This document shows, piece by piece, positions 1 through 9,238 of a stretch of DNA of 64,000 nucleotides (within the stretch, counting starts at the first letter, position 1; every line of letters begins with the position of its first letter). This DNA comes from Phycisphaerae bacterium (lineage in GTDB: Bacteria > Planctomycetota > Phycisphaerae > UBA1845 > Fen-1342), in the NCBI GenBank assembly GCA_050115495.1, contig JASFQK010000037.1, positions 1-64,000 on the forward strand, in the 5' to 3' direction. A program made the position numbers and the translations under genes. A model generated the notes under the pieces. It saw only the letters and a program-made list of their open reading frames with translations. It was not told the DNA's origin and ran no database searches.

Positions 1-1
1 G

Positions 2-91
2 CGGACGCTGAATGGCGCGAAGCTTCTGCCGGACGTGATCGCCAGCGTCCGCTTCATCGACGGAGAAAAACCCGAGAAAGCCGCCGCCTGA
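2..91 (+). mobile_element. 3' end of an IS256-family transposase (partial, runs off the window)
   Basis: Frame from nt 2 reads RTLNGAKLLPDVIASVRFIDGEKPEKAAA*, resembling the typical IS256 C-terminus (LNG..LL..VI.G..F.DG...AA); an IS256-like terminus follows. Confidence 0.75.
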
Positions 92-99
92 TCACGACG

Positions 100-125
100 C
101 CATCAACGACTTTTGACAATAGCTC
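100..125 (+). mobile_element. Right terminal inverted repeat of the IS256-like element
   Basis: CCATCAACGACTTTTGACAATAGCTC just after the transposase stop; resembles IS256-group ends (...TTTGACAATAGCTC); the partner IR is outside the window. Confidence 0.65.
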
Positions 126-224
126 AGATGCGCGCCGATCGCGCCCGTACCGATTACTGCACTCAGTACGGGCGCGAACGTGAAGGCGGAATAGGAGGGG
201 GCGGCGGTTGCCGATGACAGACTG

Positions 225-644
225 TCACGCATGAGCCGCCGGCAGCCGATGCGACGTGTGATCCAGAGCATCGTCGTCGCCAACAGCCGGTGTATCCAGA
301 AGCGACCTGACGCGCACGACGCGTGCCGTTGCCGTCCGCGCGTCACGGCCCAGCAGCTCTTCGACACGGTTTGCATCGACGCCGGCCAAGTCATCGTCCA
401 GGATGACCAGCTCCGGCGGGCTGCGCACGGCGCTCAGCAGGGCATGCAGGCCATCCGGCGACACGGCGAGGCTCAGACCCGCCGAGGCCAGCGCGACCTG
501 GAACCAGGCCACCAGCGTGCGTCGGGCGGAGGCGAGCAGCACCCGCCCCGTGAACCGCGGCTGCGTCCGGCGAACTGCGGCGACTCCGGTGCTTTGGACG
601 TCGCGTGATGGTGTTGTGCTCGAATCATCATCGAGGTCAATCAT
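225..644 (-). CDS. Degenerate single receiver-domain (pseudo-REC) protein
   Basis: RVLLAS...LAVSPDGLHALLSAVRSPPELVILDDDLAGVDA follows the REC fold; the beta1 acidic pair and conserved Lys are not evident; GGAGG RBS. Confidence 0.65.
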   Translation of the reverse strand: MIDLDDDSSTTPSRDVQSTGVAAVRRTQPRFTGRVLLASARRTLVAWFQVALASAGLSLAVSPDGLHALLSAVRSPPELVILDDDLAGVDANRVEELLGRDARTATARVVRVRSLLDTPAVGDDDALDHTSHRLPAAHA

Positions 645-813
645 GCTTCCTCCCCCTGTGTGCCTGGCCGCCGCGCCGCTGGCCGGTTCGCTCCGACCTG
701 TTTCGCGCCGAGCGCTGCCGCATCGGCACGAACTGCGGCGATTCGATCTCCTCGAGTTCGGACACGTAGTCGTTTCCCCGTTCGTGCCGGATGCGGTTAC
801 CGTGCTGTAGCAT
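637..813 (-). CDS. 58-aa small hypothetical protein (below the ORF-track cutoff)
   Basis: AAGGAG-7nt-ATG; MLQHGNRIRHERGNDYVSELEEIESPQFVPMRQRSARNRSERTGQRRGGQAHRGRKHD*; overlaps the next start by 8 nt. Confidence 0.55.
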   Translation of the reverse strand: MLQHGNRIRHERGNDYVSELEEIESPQFVPMRQRSARNRSERTGQRRGGQAHRGRKHD

Positions 814-874
814 ATCGTGTCTCCTTGTGGCGTCGGGTTCCCGCGGACACCACGGTCCGCCGGGTAACGACGCC

Positions 875-1399
875 CTAGTTTGCGTCGTGGGGGCTGGCTT
901 CGGTTGTGGACCGGGTCGCCGTCGCCCCGGATGTCGGGGTCCTCAGGCGGGCGGCGTGCCGAACCAGTTCGCGACGCCGCCCGTCGAGCGGGCTTTCGGG
1001 AACATCCGTGGAGACGATTTCGATTTTGTAGCCGTCTGGGTCGAAGACGAACGTCTGATAATATCCGCCGTAGATCCTCGGTGCGGTCGCCTGACTCCCT
1101 CGTGCGGTTGCGGCGATGTAGATGTACTCGAGGTCCTCGGCCTTGGTCACTTCCAGGCTGACGTGGTCCATGCCGATTGGCTCGCCGCCTCTGGGTAACC
1201 CCTGAATCAGTGCGATCCCGAAGCTGAGTGGCGAGGACGCGGAGGGTACGGCACAGATGCAGACGCTATCGCCGGGCGGTACCGCCGGTCGCACCTCGAG
1301 CCCGAACAGCTCGCAATAGAACCTCGCGCTGCGCTCCAGGTCACTAACGCGTAAGGCCACGTGATTGATATGTGTTGGCCGGACTCGACTGGGCCACAT
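875..1399 (-). CDS. VOC/glyoxalase family protein
   Basis: INHVALRVSDLERSARFY..LFGL, MDHVSL, FVFDPDGYKIEI motifs. Confidence 0.9.
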   Translation of the reverse strand: MWPSRVRPTHINHVALRVSDLERSARFYCELFGLEVRPAVPPGDSVCICAVPSASSPLSFGIALIQGLPRGGEPIGMDHVSLEVTKAEDLEYIYIAATARGSQATAPRIYGGYYQTFVFDPDGYKIEIVSTDVPESPLDGRRRELVRHAARLRTPTSGATATRSTTEASPHDAN

Positions 1400-1459
1400 T
1401 GTTGTGCTCCCATCACTAAGAGTTCCACTAGAAGTATCCGCTGCGCGGCTTGGGGCGGG

Positions 1460-1486
1460 ATGAAATGGGCCTAAGGGTTTCCTTAA
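1460..1486 (-). promoter_or_regulatory. Putative OmpR-family binding site upstream of the VOC gene
   Basis: Minus strand TTAAG-N6-CTTAG-N6-TTCAT, 11-bp periodic repeats, in an AT-richer patch next to an OmpR-type two-component pair. Confidence 0.4.
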
Positions 1487-1599
1487 CCCCGCCGGTCAGG
1501 GATGCGGAAGGCATGGCCGCGGTGTGCAAACGGTCCGGCGATGTGTGGATAAGCCCGATAACCGGCCGCTACAGCCCGGCAGCCGGGTACGACGACGGG

Positions 1600-3045
1600 C
1601 TAAGCGCGTGGCAGTGTTATCTGGAACTCGCACCGGCCGTCGGAGCGGTTGGCCACGTCGATCTGCCCGCCGTGCAGCTTCGCGACGCCTTGGGCGATCG
1701 ACAAACCTAACCCGCTGCCCGCCGGCCGCCCGGTGTCTGGCGCTTGGTAGAAGCGTTCGAACAGGTGCGGAAGCTGATCATCAGGGATGCCGGGACCGCG
1801 ATCGCGAACGGTGACTCGGACTTGCGACTCGCCTCCCTCGACCGCCACTTCCACCGTCTCCCCCGGCGGCGAAAAGCGAATCGCGTTTCGCACGAGGTTG
1901 CTGACCATCGACACCAGCAGCTCGGCGTCCCCTGCGACCTCGGGCTCATCCAGCGCTTCGGTCGGCGCGCACAGTGAGGGCTCCAGGCGGATCTCACGCT
2001 GCGCTGCGTACGGGTGGCAACGCTCCACGGCGTCGGTCACGACTTCATTGATCGAGGCGCGCGCCTGCGAATGGAGTGGTAGCCCGGCGTCGGCCCGCGC
2101 CAGGAGCAACAGGCTCTCCACGATCGTCGCCAGGCGTCGCATTTCCTCCTGGACGCCGGATACGAAACGATCGTACTCCTCGGGTTGCCGGGCCTGACGG
2201 GCGAGCACCTGGGCCTGTCCGAGCAGGTGGGTCACCGGCGTTTTCAACTCGTGAGCCGCATTGGCGATGAACCGCTCCTGAGCCGCGAAGGCCGCCTGCA
2301 GGCGATCCAGCATGTCGTTGAGTGTGCGAACCATCTCCACGACCTCATCGCGGCCGGATGGAACGGGCAGTCGGCGGTCGAGATGCGCCGCGGTCAAATG
2401 CTGGGCCTCGCGGGCGACGCGGCCGATGGGGGCCAGTCCACGGCGTACCAGTTGTTCGGACGCGATCGCGGCGAGAATCAGCCCCAGCGGGATCAGCACC
2501 AGCATCGTCTGCCACAATACGGTGATCGCATGTTCCACCGAGGTCAGGCTGACGGCGACCTGCAGGTAGAACGGCGACATCCCGGCACGCTCGTGACGGA
2601 ACGTGATCATGCGGAACCGGTGACCGACGCCGAGCAGCTCAACCGCGGCGTCCCCGTCAAGTGTCTCGAACACGAGCGTGCCGGCGGCACCCTCGCGGCG
2701 GGCGTGGTCCGAGAGCGGCAGTTCCGTGCGGCGCAGATTGGCCGACTGCTCGACGACGCGGCCGTCGTGCAGGCGGATCTGGAAGTAGTACTCGAGGAAG
2801 TGGAACGGGTTGACGTGCGGTCGAATCCGGCTTTCCCGTGTGCTGGCGGGGGCTTCTTCGGTCGCGATCTCGACGGCTTCGGCGATCACGCGCGCGCCGG
2901 CCATCAGGCGCTGATCCAGTTCACGCCGTAGGAAGCGCTCGGCCACGAACATGAACACGATCGCGAGCAGCACCAGGACCGCGCCAAACATCGCCAGGTT
3001 CAACAGGACCAGTCGGAAACGGAGTGTACGAAATGGGTTTGGCAT
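1600..3045 (-). CDS. Sensor histidine kinase (2 TM, HAMP, HisKA, HATPase; CusS/QseC-like)
   Basis: FIANAAHELKTP H-box, NLVRNAIRF N-box, DRGPGI and GSGLGL G-boxes. Confidence 0.95.
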   Translation of the reverse strand: MPNPFRTLRFRLVLLNLAMFGAVLVLLAIVFMFVAERFLRRELDQRLMAGARVIAEAVEIATEEAPASTRESRIRPHVNPFHFLEYYFQIRLHDGRVVEQSANLRRTELPLSDHARREGAAGTLVFETLDGDAAVELLGVGHRFRMITFRHERAGMSPFYLQVAVSLTSVEHAITVLWQTMLVLIPLGLILAAIASEQLVRRGLAPIGRVAREAQHLTAAHLDRRLPVPSGRDEVVEMVRTLNDMLDRLQAAFAAQERFIANAAHELKTPVTHLLGQAQVLARQARQPEEYDRFVSGVQEEMRRLATIVESLLLLARADAGLPLHSQARASINEVVTDAVERCHPYAAQREIRLEPSLCAPTEALDEPEVAGDAELLVSMVSNLVRNAIRFSPPGETVEVAVEGGESQVRVTVRDRGPGIPDDQLPHLFERFYQAPDTGRPAGSGLGLSIAQGVAKLHGGQIDVANRSDGRCEFQITLPRA

Positions 3046-3063
3046 GCACGCCGCTCCTGGGTC

Positions 3064-3747
3064 CTATGCTCCCGGCGGCTCGTCGCTCAGCATGTAGCCG
3101 GCCCCGATCACGGTGTGGATGAGGGGCTTGTCAAAGCCCTTGTCGATCTTGCGGCGCAGCGTCGATACGTAGACCTCGATCACGTTGCCGCTGTACTCGA
3201 AGTTCATGTCCCACACCTGCTGGCCGATGTTCGTTCGCGTCAGCACCCGGTTGGGCCGCCGCAGAAAGTACTCCAGCAGCGCGAATTCCTTGGCGGTGAG
3301 ATGGATCTTCTGACCGGCCCGCGTGACGCTCCGTTTGAGCAGATCCATTTCCAGGTCGGCGAAGCGTAGCACCGACCCTTCACCGGCCTGGCCCCGCCGC
3401 AGCAGGGCCTGAATCCGGGCGGCCAGCTCCTCGAAATCGAACGGCTTGACCAGGTAGTCGTCCGCCCCGGACTGGAGGCCCTCGACCTTGTTGCCGGTGG
3501 AGGAGAGGGCGGTGAGCATCAGAATCGGTGTCGAGACGCCGCGCTGGCGCAGTCGGCGGCACACGTCGATCCCGCTTTGCCCGGGCAGGAGAACGTCGAG
3601 GATGAGCACGTCGTACTCGCCCGACGCCGCCTGGATCTCGCCCGTCTTGCCGTCCCCGACCACGTCGATCGTGTAGCCCAGCTCTTCGAGCCCCTGCCGC
3701 AGGAAGCCCGCGATGGTCGGGTCGTCTTCGATAACGAGCAGTCGCAT
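3064..3747 (-). CDS. OmpR-family response regulator (CusR/CopR-like)
   Basis: RLLVIEDD, ILDVLLP, GADDYLVKPF, LTAKEFALLEYF, NVIEVYVSTLRRKID, TVIGAGY. Confidence 0.95.
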   Translation of the reverse strand: MRLLVIEDDPTIAGFLRQGLEELGYTIDVVGDGKTGEIQAASGEYDVLILDVLLPGQSGIDVCRRLRQRGVSTPILMLTALSSTGNKVEGLQSGADDYLVKPFDFEELAARIQALLRRGQAGEGSVLRFADLEMDLLKRSVTRAGQKIHLTAKEFALLEYFLRRPNRVLTRTNIGQQVWDMNFEYSGNVIEVYVSTLRRKIDKGFDKPLIHTVIGAGYMLSDEPPGA

Positions 3748-3890
3748 GCCGGCACTCGCTGAAGAACCTGTGAGTCGGGATTATAGCACGACAGCGACCG
3801 CCGGTGCGCGGGCGGCAGGTGAACGGTGTGGGCCACGCCCGTCGAGCGGCAGGGGGGAGCGATGCATGTTGCAGGAGGTATCCGACGCGG

Positions 3891-3965
3891 ATGGTGGATG
3901 TCAACCGCGACGGCATCGTGAACAACTTCGACATCAGCCGGTTCATAGCGTTGCTGACGGATGGT
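3891..3965 (+). pseudogene. Orphan dockerin-like C-terminal motif (gene remnant)
   Basis: MVDVNRDGIVNNFDISRFIALLTDG = Ca-binding loop plus helix typical of these protein tails, with no parent gene. Confidence 0.5.
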
Positions 3966-3998
3966 CGACCGGCTGCGCGAAGGGTGGCGGGTGCAGCC

Positions 3999-6900
3999 CT
4001 ACGGGGCGGGGCAGCTGCGTCGGTTCTGCGCGGGCCGCGGTGCGAGGAGGCTGGGCGTCTTCTCAGTCATGACGACTTCCCCGACGTATACAGGAGGCGC
4101 GTGCGCGAGATCGTCTGCCGGGGGAATGTGCACCGTTCGCTCTTCTGACTCGAACTGCTCGTTCGGCCGGCGAGCCTCTGTCCAGGCACGCAGTCGGTAC
4201 TCGCCAGGGGTGACGTCGTGGAAGCGGAATACGCCGGCGTGGCGACCAAATATGCGATAGCCGCGCGTCTGCTCTGGTGTCCGATCCACCGGAACGAGTT
4301 CGACGCGGACGTGGAGCCCAAGGCTCGCGGGAATCGGACCCGCCGACGTTACCACGTGCCCCGTCACCAATCGGCCGCACGGTACCAACTCCACACGCGT
4401 GACCCCGCCGGGTTCTACGGTGAGTTCCTGGTCATACTGGGGGGCATTCTCGCCGTGGGGCCAGTTGGCCTCCAGCCGCCACCGCCCCGGCGCAACCCGC
4501 TCGAAAACGAAGACGCCGTCCACGCCCGTAGAGTTCATCAGCACTTTCGCTTGCACGTCAGCCTCGTGGAACCTGCTGTGCCTTTCAGTCTGGGCAAAGA
4601 CGGCATTGAATGCCCAGGCGTGCTGTGTGACGCCCGGTATTGGTGAGTCCGGCCACTCGGCGGCCTCCAGCCGCAGTTCGCAGGAGAGGACTCCGCCGAG
4701 CAGGCAATGACCCTCGATGCGCCCCCACGGCTCCAGCGTGAGCACGAAATCGGGCGCGATCCTGTCAACGACGGTCTGCGCGTAGCCGGCAGGATGAAGC
4801 GCAGCCACAAGGAGCGGTAGTTGCGTATCGGGCAGGCGAAAACGTCCTTGTGCGTCGGTCACGACGATGTGCGTTGGCTTCGCCTGCGCGAGCACCGTGC
4901 GCTCGCCGACCTCGACGTGCCCGCGTCGCGACGGGTCCCGGGACGGGCCGATATAGAAGGTTTTCGGCTCGGCCGGGTGTTGGCCTTCTGCGGTCAGCAT
5001 GAGCACGGTTGCATCGGCGAGACGCTGGCCGGTCGGGCTCAACACGGTGCCCCAGTTTGCCGTGACGTCGTCCACGTCGTCGACTGGCGTTGCATCGTCG
5101 ACGCGAACGACGGTCGGATCGATGGTCCCCTCCGCTTCAATGGGCCAGTCTTCGCCCCCTGTCCCTCTGAAACGGCGGGCGCGGGGGAAGCTGGTGTCTC
5201 CCGCAACCAGTGCCTTCAACAGGTCTGGGACGTCCTGCGCCCAGAGCCGACCGGCTGCCACCAAATCAGGCAGATCCGCGGCGGCTTCGCGAGCGCCCGC
5301 CACGTCTCCCCGAAGGAGAAGTGCGGCCGCCCGGAAGTAGACGTAGCTGGCCTCAGTGGCCTCGGGATGCTGCGCTGCGTTTCGCTCCCAGGCATCGCAG
5401 TACGCCAGCAGGTCTGCCGGCCGGTCGGAACCGAGCAGGCGAGCGCAGATGTCGAACAGAACCAGCTCCGCAATGTACCACTCAACCGCGTCGCGCGCGA
5501 ACGGCAAACCATGCACGCGCATGAACTCCTCGTGCGCGGCGTCATTGCCGAGGTCCCCTTTGTGCAACACGGCCCAGTCGACGAGCGTCTCCGGCGTGTA
5601 TTCAGGATCAGGAGGGCAGATGTCCTGCCAGTCATCCCGACCGTAGCGCACGGCACGTTCGATGTTCAGCAAGGCGCGTCGGGCCGTTGGGTCGCGAGGC
5701 ATGGCCTTGATCCACTCGAGAGCTGCCGCGCGGGCCTCGCTCAACCGGTTGGCCTCATACAAGTGGGATGTGAGGCCACAGTGGTGGGCCGGCTCTCCAG
5801 GCTCGGCTTCGATTCGTGAGGCGTACTCCGAACGTATGCGCACAAGGGTGTCTTCGGGGGTGTTGTCCGGCGCGGGAGGCAGCGGGACCTGCCAGGGGAT
5901 GGGATGCTGGTTCTCGAAGAAGTATCCCCCCTCGTCACACCCGCCGAACACGTACGTCCAGGTCTGCGGTCCACGCCGGCAGGTGAGCCGGTTTGCCCCT
6001 TCAGGAGACCAGGTATAGTCGATGCTCGATGGGACTTCGCCGTCGAAGTACTGCGGTTGGAGTTCGGTCAACGTTCGCGGCCACAGGCCTCGAGCGTCGC
6101 GGAAGCAGCAGATGGCCGTGATCAGAAGCTCTGTTGGCTCAGGCGGGTGCGGTGGTGCGACCTCCGGCGGCAGCGTCGGCACAATCGGCGACAAGCGTGT
6201 CACGGCAGCTTCGTCGAAACGTGCCCGGCACAACCGACCGTATTCGTCGTACCCCACGATGCCAAGCAGTGCAGACTGGCCGAAGCGGCTGGTGGAGGCG
6301 CCGAGCCAGCATCTCTGGATGGGCCGGAGTTCCTGGGTCACGCCTGCCGTCGGATCCAAGCGCACCCAAGGCCGTCCAGGAGCATACAATAGCCCGTCCA
6401 CATCGAATATCCGGCCGCGGAAGTCGCCTCTGTCGAGCCGGTGCAGATCGCGATGAGAGTGTCCTTTGGCGTCCAGGCTGGAGTGTTTCTGCAACTGCAA
6501 ACACGACGAGTGAGCCAGGAGGCTCGTGCCATCCTCCAGGAAATGGAGGACGGCCGGGTCCACGCCGAAGTAAGGCTTCATGAAGGCCGGTACGACTTCG
6601 ACGCGCCGCTCCTCGAGGAGCACGCGCAGATGGAAACGTCGGCGCGACCCGCGCGACACGATCAGGTCGACCCGTCCTGGCGAGAGTGGATAGGGCACAC
6701 GGTAGATCTGGTCCGGCACAAAGGCCGTCCGTGGGCTCCAGCCCTGGACGTCGATTGTGTCGCGATTCGTGTCAACGGGACCGACCTCAGTGGCCTCGTG
6801 GAATACATCCACTTCCACGCGCCCCGCGTTAAGCCATAGACGCGCTATCCAGGCTCGTTGTGGATTCCCCAGCGCCCCGGTGGCGAGCATGTCGCCTGGG

Positions 6901-9203
6901 CCCAGCGGCTCCAGGCAGGCAGATCTGTCGGCCGGTGGCATACCGTCCGCAGGGGAAAGTCTTGCAACCAGCGTGCCGTCCAACGCGAACACGTCAACGC
7001 CGGTGCGGCAGGAAACGGCCCAGATGTTCACGCCGTCGAACGCAACCGCCTGGTACACGTTCTCGTCATCGCGTATGTGCACTTCGTCAAGCACACCGGC
7101 CTGCCGTTGCACGAAGATGCCGCGCGGGGCCCAGACGACGTCGAAATCGCCCGCCGGGATGAACTCGCATAGCATCCCACGCCGCTGGCACCAGCCCGCA
7201 TACCCGGCCCAGTCCAGGCTGGCGAGCGGTTCCCAGGTGCCGTCGCGTCTGGCAATCATCATATGCACGGGCTGAAGCCCCAATGGCACAGGTGGACGCG
7301 TGACTTGGCAAGGGTACATGCGTGGTACCCGATACACATCGGCGTTCAACCGACTGAGTGGCAGCCCGGAGCGCCATTGGTCGACTCGTCTGCACATGAT
7401 GGCCTGAACCTTCGAGGGAACGTCGGGCGGCATGCGTGCCAGCCACGCTTCCAACTCGGCGAGCAGAGCGGGAACGTCACGCGGCTGACCATCGTCACGA
7501 TAGGTGGCTCGGAAGAGAATGAGTCCGCTTTCGGCCTGGTATTGCACGGCCGGAGCGTTGGCTTCGGCCATCAGTGCCTCCCAGAAGGCGAGTAGCTCCG
7601 CGTTGCTGAATTCTCTCGGGTAGTCTGGATCGGCGCTGGCCCGCAGCGGCATGTCCAGAGGCAGCTCTGCGGACAGCTCCGCGCCGTAACGGAGGATGAA
7701 CTCACGTGTTTGCTCGAGTTGGGCACGGCTGGCCGGGGAGCGCTCGTTGTGAGAACGGTGGAGCGGCGCACTGACACAAGACCTGGCCCAATTCCCCGTT
7801 ATGTCGAAAGCGGGTGATGTCTCACGTTGTGGAAGGTCGCGCACGAGCGGCAAGACGTCCCGTAGGAATCGCCGATGCAGGCGCGTGCACTCTTCTCCAA
7901 GCGGTTCCAGCGGTGCCAGGAGATCAGGTGCGTAGCGTGGACGCTCGCTGAGCGGTTCGTACGTATCGGACATCACCAAGAAGAAGCGGTCCACTGATGT
8001 GGCCGAATTCCGGTACAGACGATAAGCCACTTCCTGCGAGAGCGCGCCACGCCGGATGAGCTGCTCCAGAAGTTCCAGACCGCGCTGCCAGTAGCCGATG
8101 CGGGCGTACCAGTCCGAGATGGCTTCGTCTGGCGGGATGAGATCCCAGCGCACGTACGCTTCGTACGGCACGATGTGGATGCAGTCCTCGATGATCTGCC
8201 GGGCCAACTCGACGGAATCGGGTTTGAGCAGCAGTGCCGCTTCACGCAGGCCGATCGCTCGCCGCAGGGCCCAGAGCCGGGCGAAGCTGTCCGCTTGCCG
8301 GGTCAGGAGCGACACCTGCTCGTCGATCGACAGGCCCGGCCCGGCAGACGTTGCGCCCAGCAACTCTGTGGGGAGGTCGCCACGTAGGGCCTCCACGCCG
8401 CTGGCGACACCGTCGTATCGCCGCTCCACTGTCCGTTCCGGCTCGCTGCCGCCGCTGACTTGCAGCCAGAGCGTGAGCGCCCCACGTTCGTCGCCCATCT
8501 CCTCTACCCGGTAATCGCCGCGGATGAACAGCGGCACGACGTGTTCGGCCAGCTCCGTGCCCGAAATGGCCAGCTCGTGGGCGATGGCCTCGGCTTCCTC
8601 TGTCTCAATCACCGCCGTGCCCGCGAACGCCCCTATCCCGGCGGCGAGGACGTTGGCCAGATCGTCCTGCAAGCGGTCGTAGTCGTGAACGAGGTTTCGT
8701 GACACGAACGCCGGCACGCCGACGATGCGTGACAAGCCCTCTGGATAACGGCTGCGCAGCTCCGCCACCCGCTCACTCAGCGTCGCGACGATCGGTTCGG
8801 GCACGCCCGGTTCGTACGTCAAACACTCGGTCCAGATGCGAGCCCCGATCCGGGCATCGCTGACCACGATGCGCAGCAGGCGCTCATCGTCGCGCAGTTC
8901 CCGGCTCAGCAGGAGCAGAGCGTCCGCGCCGAGCAGCCGCCCCAGCTTGAGACGTTGTCCAGCCCCATCGGCCTCCAGCACCGTAGCGAGGGCGAGTTCG
9001 CGCGTCGCCTCCGCCACCGCCGAACGCTCGACGAGTTGGATGTCTGGCTGAGCCGCCAGCGCCACGGTGAGCAGATCCACCCACCCGGTCTGCGCCAACT
9101 CCGGCGAGCCGATGATGGCCCACCGCTGATATGGACCGGTCTCTGCACCGATCGCCGCCGCCGTGAGGACCAGGGCCAGACCAACGCCCAACAGCTTGTT
9201 CAC
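3999..9203 (-). CDS. Giant secreted protein, paralogue A (~1734 aa): CsgG-like N-terminal domain, helical/TPR-like regions, beta-propeller-like region, carboxypeptidase-regulatory-like beta-sandwiches
   Basis: GTG start gives signal peptide VNKLLGVGLALVLTAAAIGA; LVERSAV..RELAL...KLGRLLGADALLL (CsgG/HfaB-like); VTDAQGRFRLP and GVFVFERVAPGRWRL. Confidence 0.8.
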   Translation of the reverse strand: MNKLLGVGLALVLTAAAIGAETGPYQRWAIIGSPELAQTGWVDLLTVALAAQPDIQLVERSAVAEATRELALATVLEADGAGQRLKLGRLLGADALLLLSRELRDDERLLRIVVSDARIGARIWTECLTYEPGVPEPIVATLSERVAELRSRYPEGLSRIVGVPAFVSRNLVHDYDRLQDDLANVLAAGIGAFAGTAVIETEEAEAIAHELAISGTELAEHVVPLFIRGDYRVEEMGDERGALTLWLQVSGGSEPERTVERRYDGVASGVEALRGDLPTELLGATSAGPGLSIDEQVSLLTRQADSFARLWALRRAIGLREAALLLKPDSVELARQIIEDCIHIVPYEAYVRWDLIPPDEAISDWYARIGYWQRGLELLEQLIRRGALSQEVAYRLYRNSATSVDRFFLVMSDTYEPLSERPRYAPDLLAPLEPLGEECTRLHRRFLRDVLPLVRDLPQRETSPAFDITGNWARSCVSAPLHRSHNERSPASRAQLEQTREFILRYGAELSAELPLDMPLRASADPDYPREFSNAELLAFWEALMAEANAPAVQYQAESGLILFRATYRDDGQPRDVPALLAELEAWLARMPPDVPSKVQAIMCRRVDQWRSGLPLSRLNADVYRVPRMYPCQVTRPPVPLGLQPVHMMIARRDGTWEPLASLDWAGYAGWCQRRGMLCEFIPAGDFDVVWAPRGIFVQRQAGVLDEVHIRDDENVYQAVAFDGVNIWAVSCRTGVDVFALDGTLVARLSPADGMPPADRSACLEPLGPGDMLATGALGNPQRAWIARLWLNAGRVEVDVFHEATEVGPVDTNRDTIDVQGWSPRTAFVPDQIYRVPYPLSPGRVDLIVSRGSRRRFHLRVLLEERRVEVVPAFMKPYFGVDPAVLHFLEDGTSLLAHSSCLQLQKHSSLDAKGHSHRDLHRLDRGDFRGRIFDVDGLLYAPGRPWVRLDPTAGVTQELRPIQRCWLGASTSRFGQSALLGIVGYDEYGRLCRARFDEAAVTRLSPIVPTLPPEVAPPHPPEPTELLITAICCFRDARGLWPRTLTELQPQYFDGEVPSSIDYTWSPEGANRLTCRRGPQTWTYVFGGCDEGGYFFENQHPIPWQVPLPPAPDNTPEDTLVRIRSEYASRIEAEPGEPAHHCGLTSHLYEANRLSEARAAALEWIKAMPRDPTARRALLNIERAVRYGRDDWQDICPPDPEYTPETLVDWAVLHKGDLGNDAAHEEFMRVHGLPFARDAVEWYIAELVLFDICARLLGSDRPADLLAYCDAWERNAAQHPEATEASYVYFRAAALLLRGDVAGAREAAADLPDLVAAGRLWAQDVPDLLKALVAGDTSFPRARRFRGTGGEDWPIEAEGTIDPTVVRVDDATPVDDVDDVTANWGTVLSPTGQRLADATVLMLTAEGQHPAEPKTFYIGPSRDPSRRGHVEVGERTVLAQAKPTHIVVTDAQGRFRLPDTQLPLLVAALHPAGYAQTVVDRIAPDFVLTLEPWGRIEGHCLLGGVLSCELRLEAAEWPDSPIPGVTQHAWAFNAVFAQTERHSRFHEADVQAKVLMNSTGVDGVFVFERVAPGRWRLEANWPHGENAPQYDQELTVEPGGVTRVELVPCGRLVTGHVVTSAGPIPASLGLHVRVELVPVDRTPEQTRGYRIFGRHAGVFRFHDVTPGEYRLRAWTEARRPNEQFESEERTVHIPPADDLAHAPPVYVGEVVMTEKTPSLLAPRPAQNRRSCPAP
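8200..9203 (-). repeat. ~1-kb near-identical direct repeat, copy 1 (5' end of paralogue A)
   Basis: Matches 13494-14497 at offset 5294 with only scattered substitutions by eye. Confidence 0.9.
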
Positions 9204-9238
9204 AGTGACGTTCGACCACGATTGGCTTGCGAGGTGTC

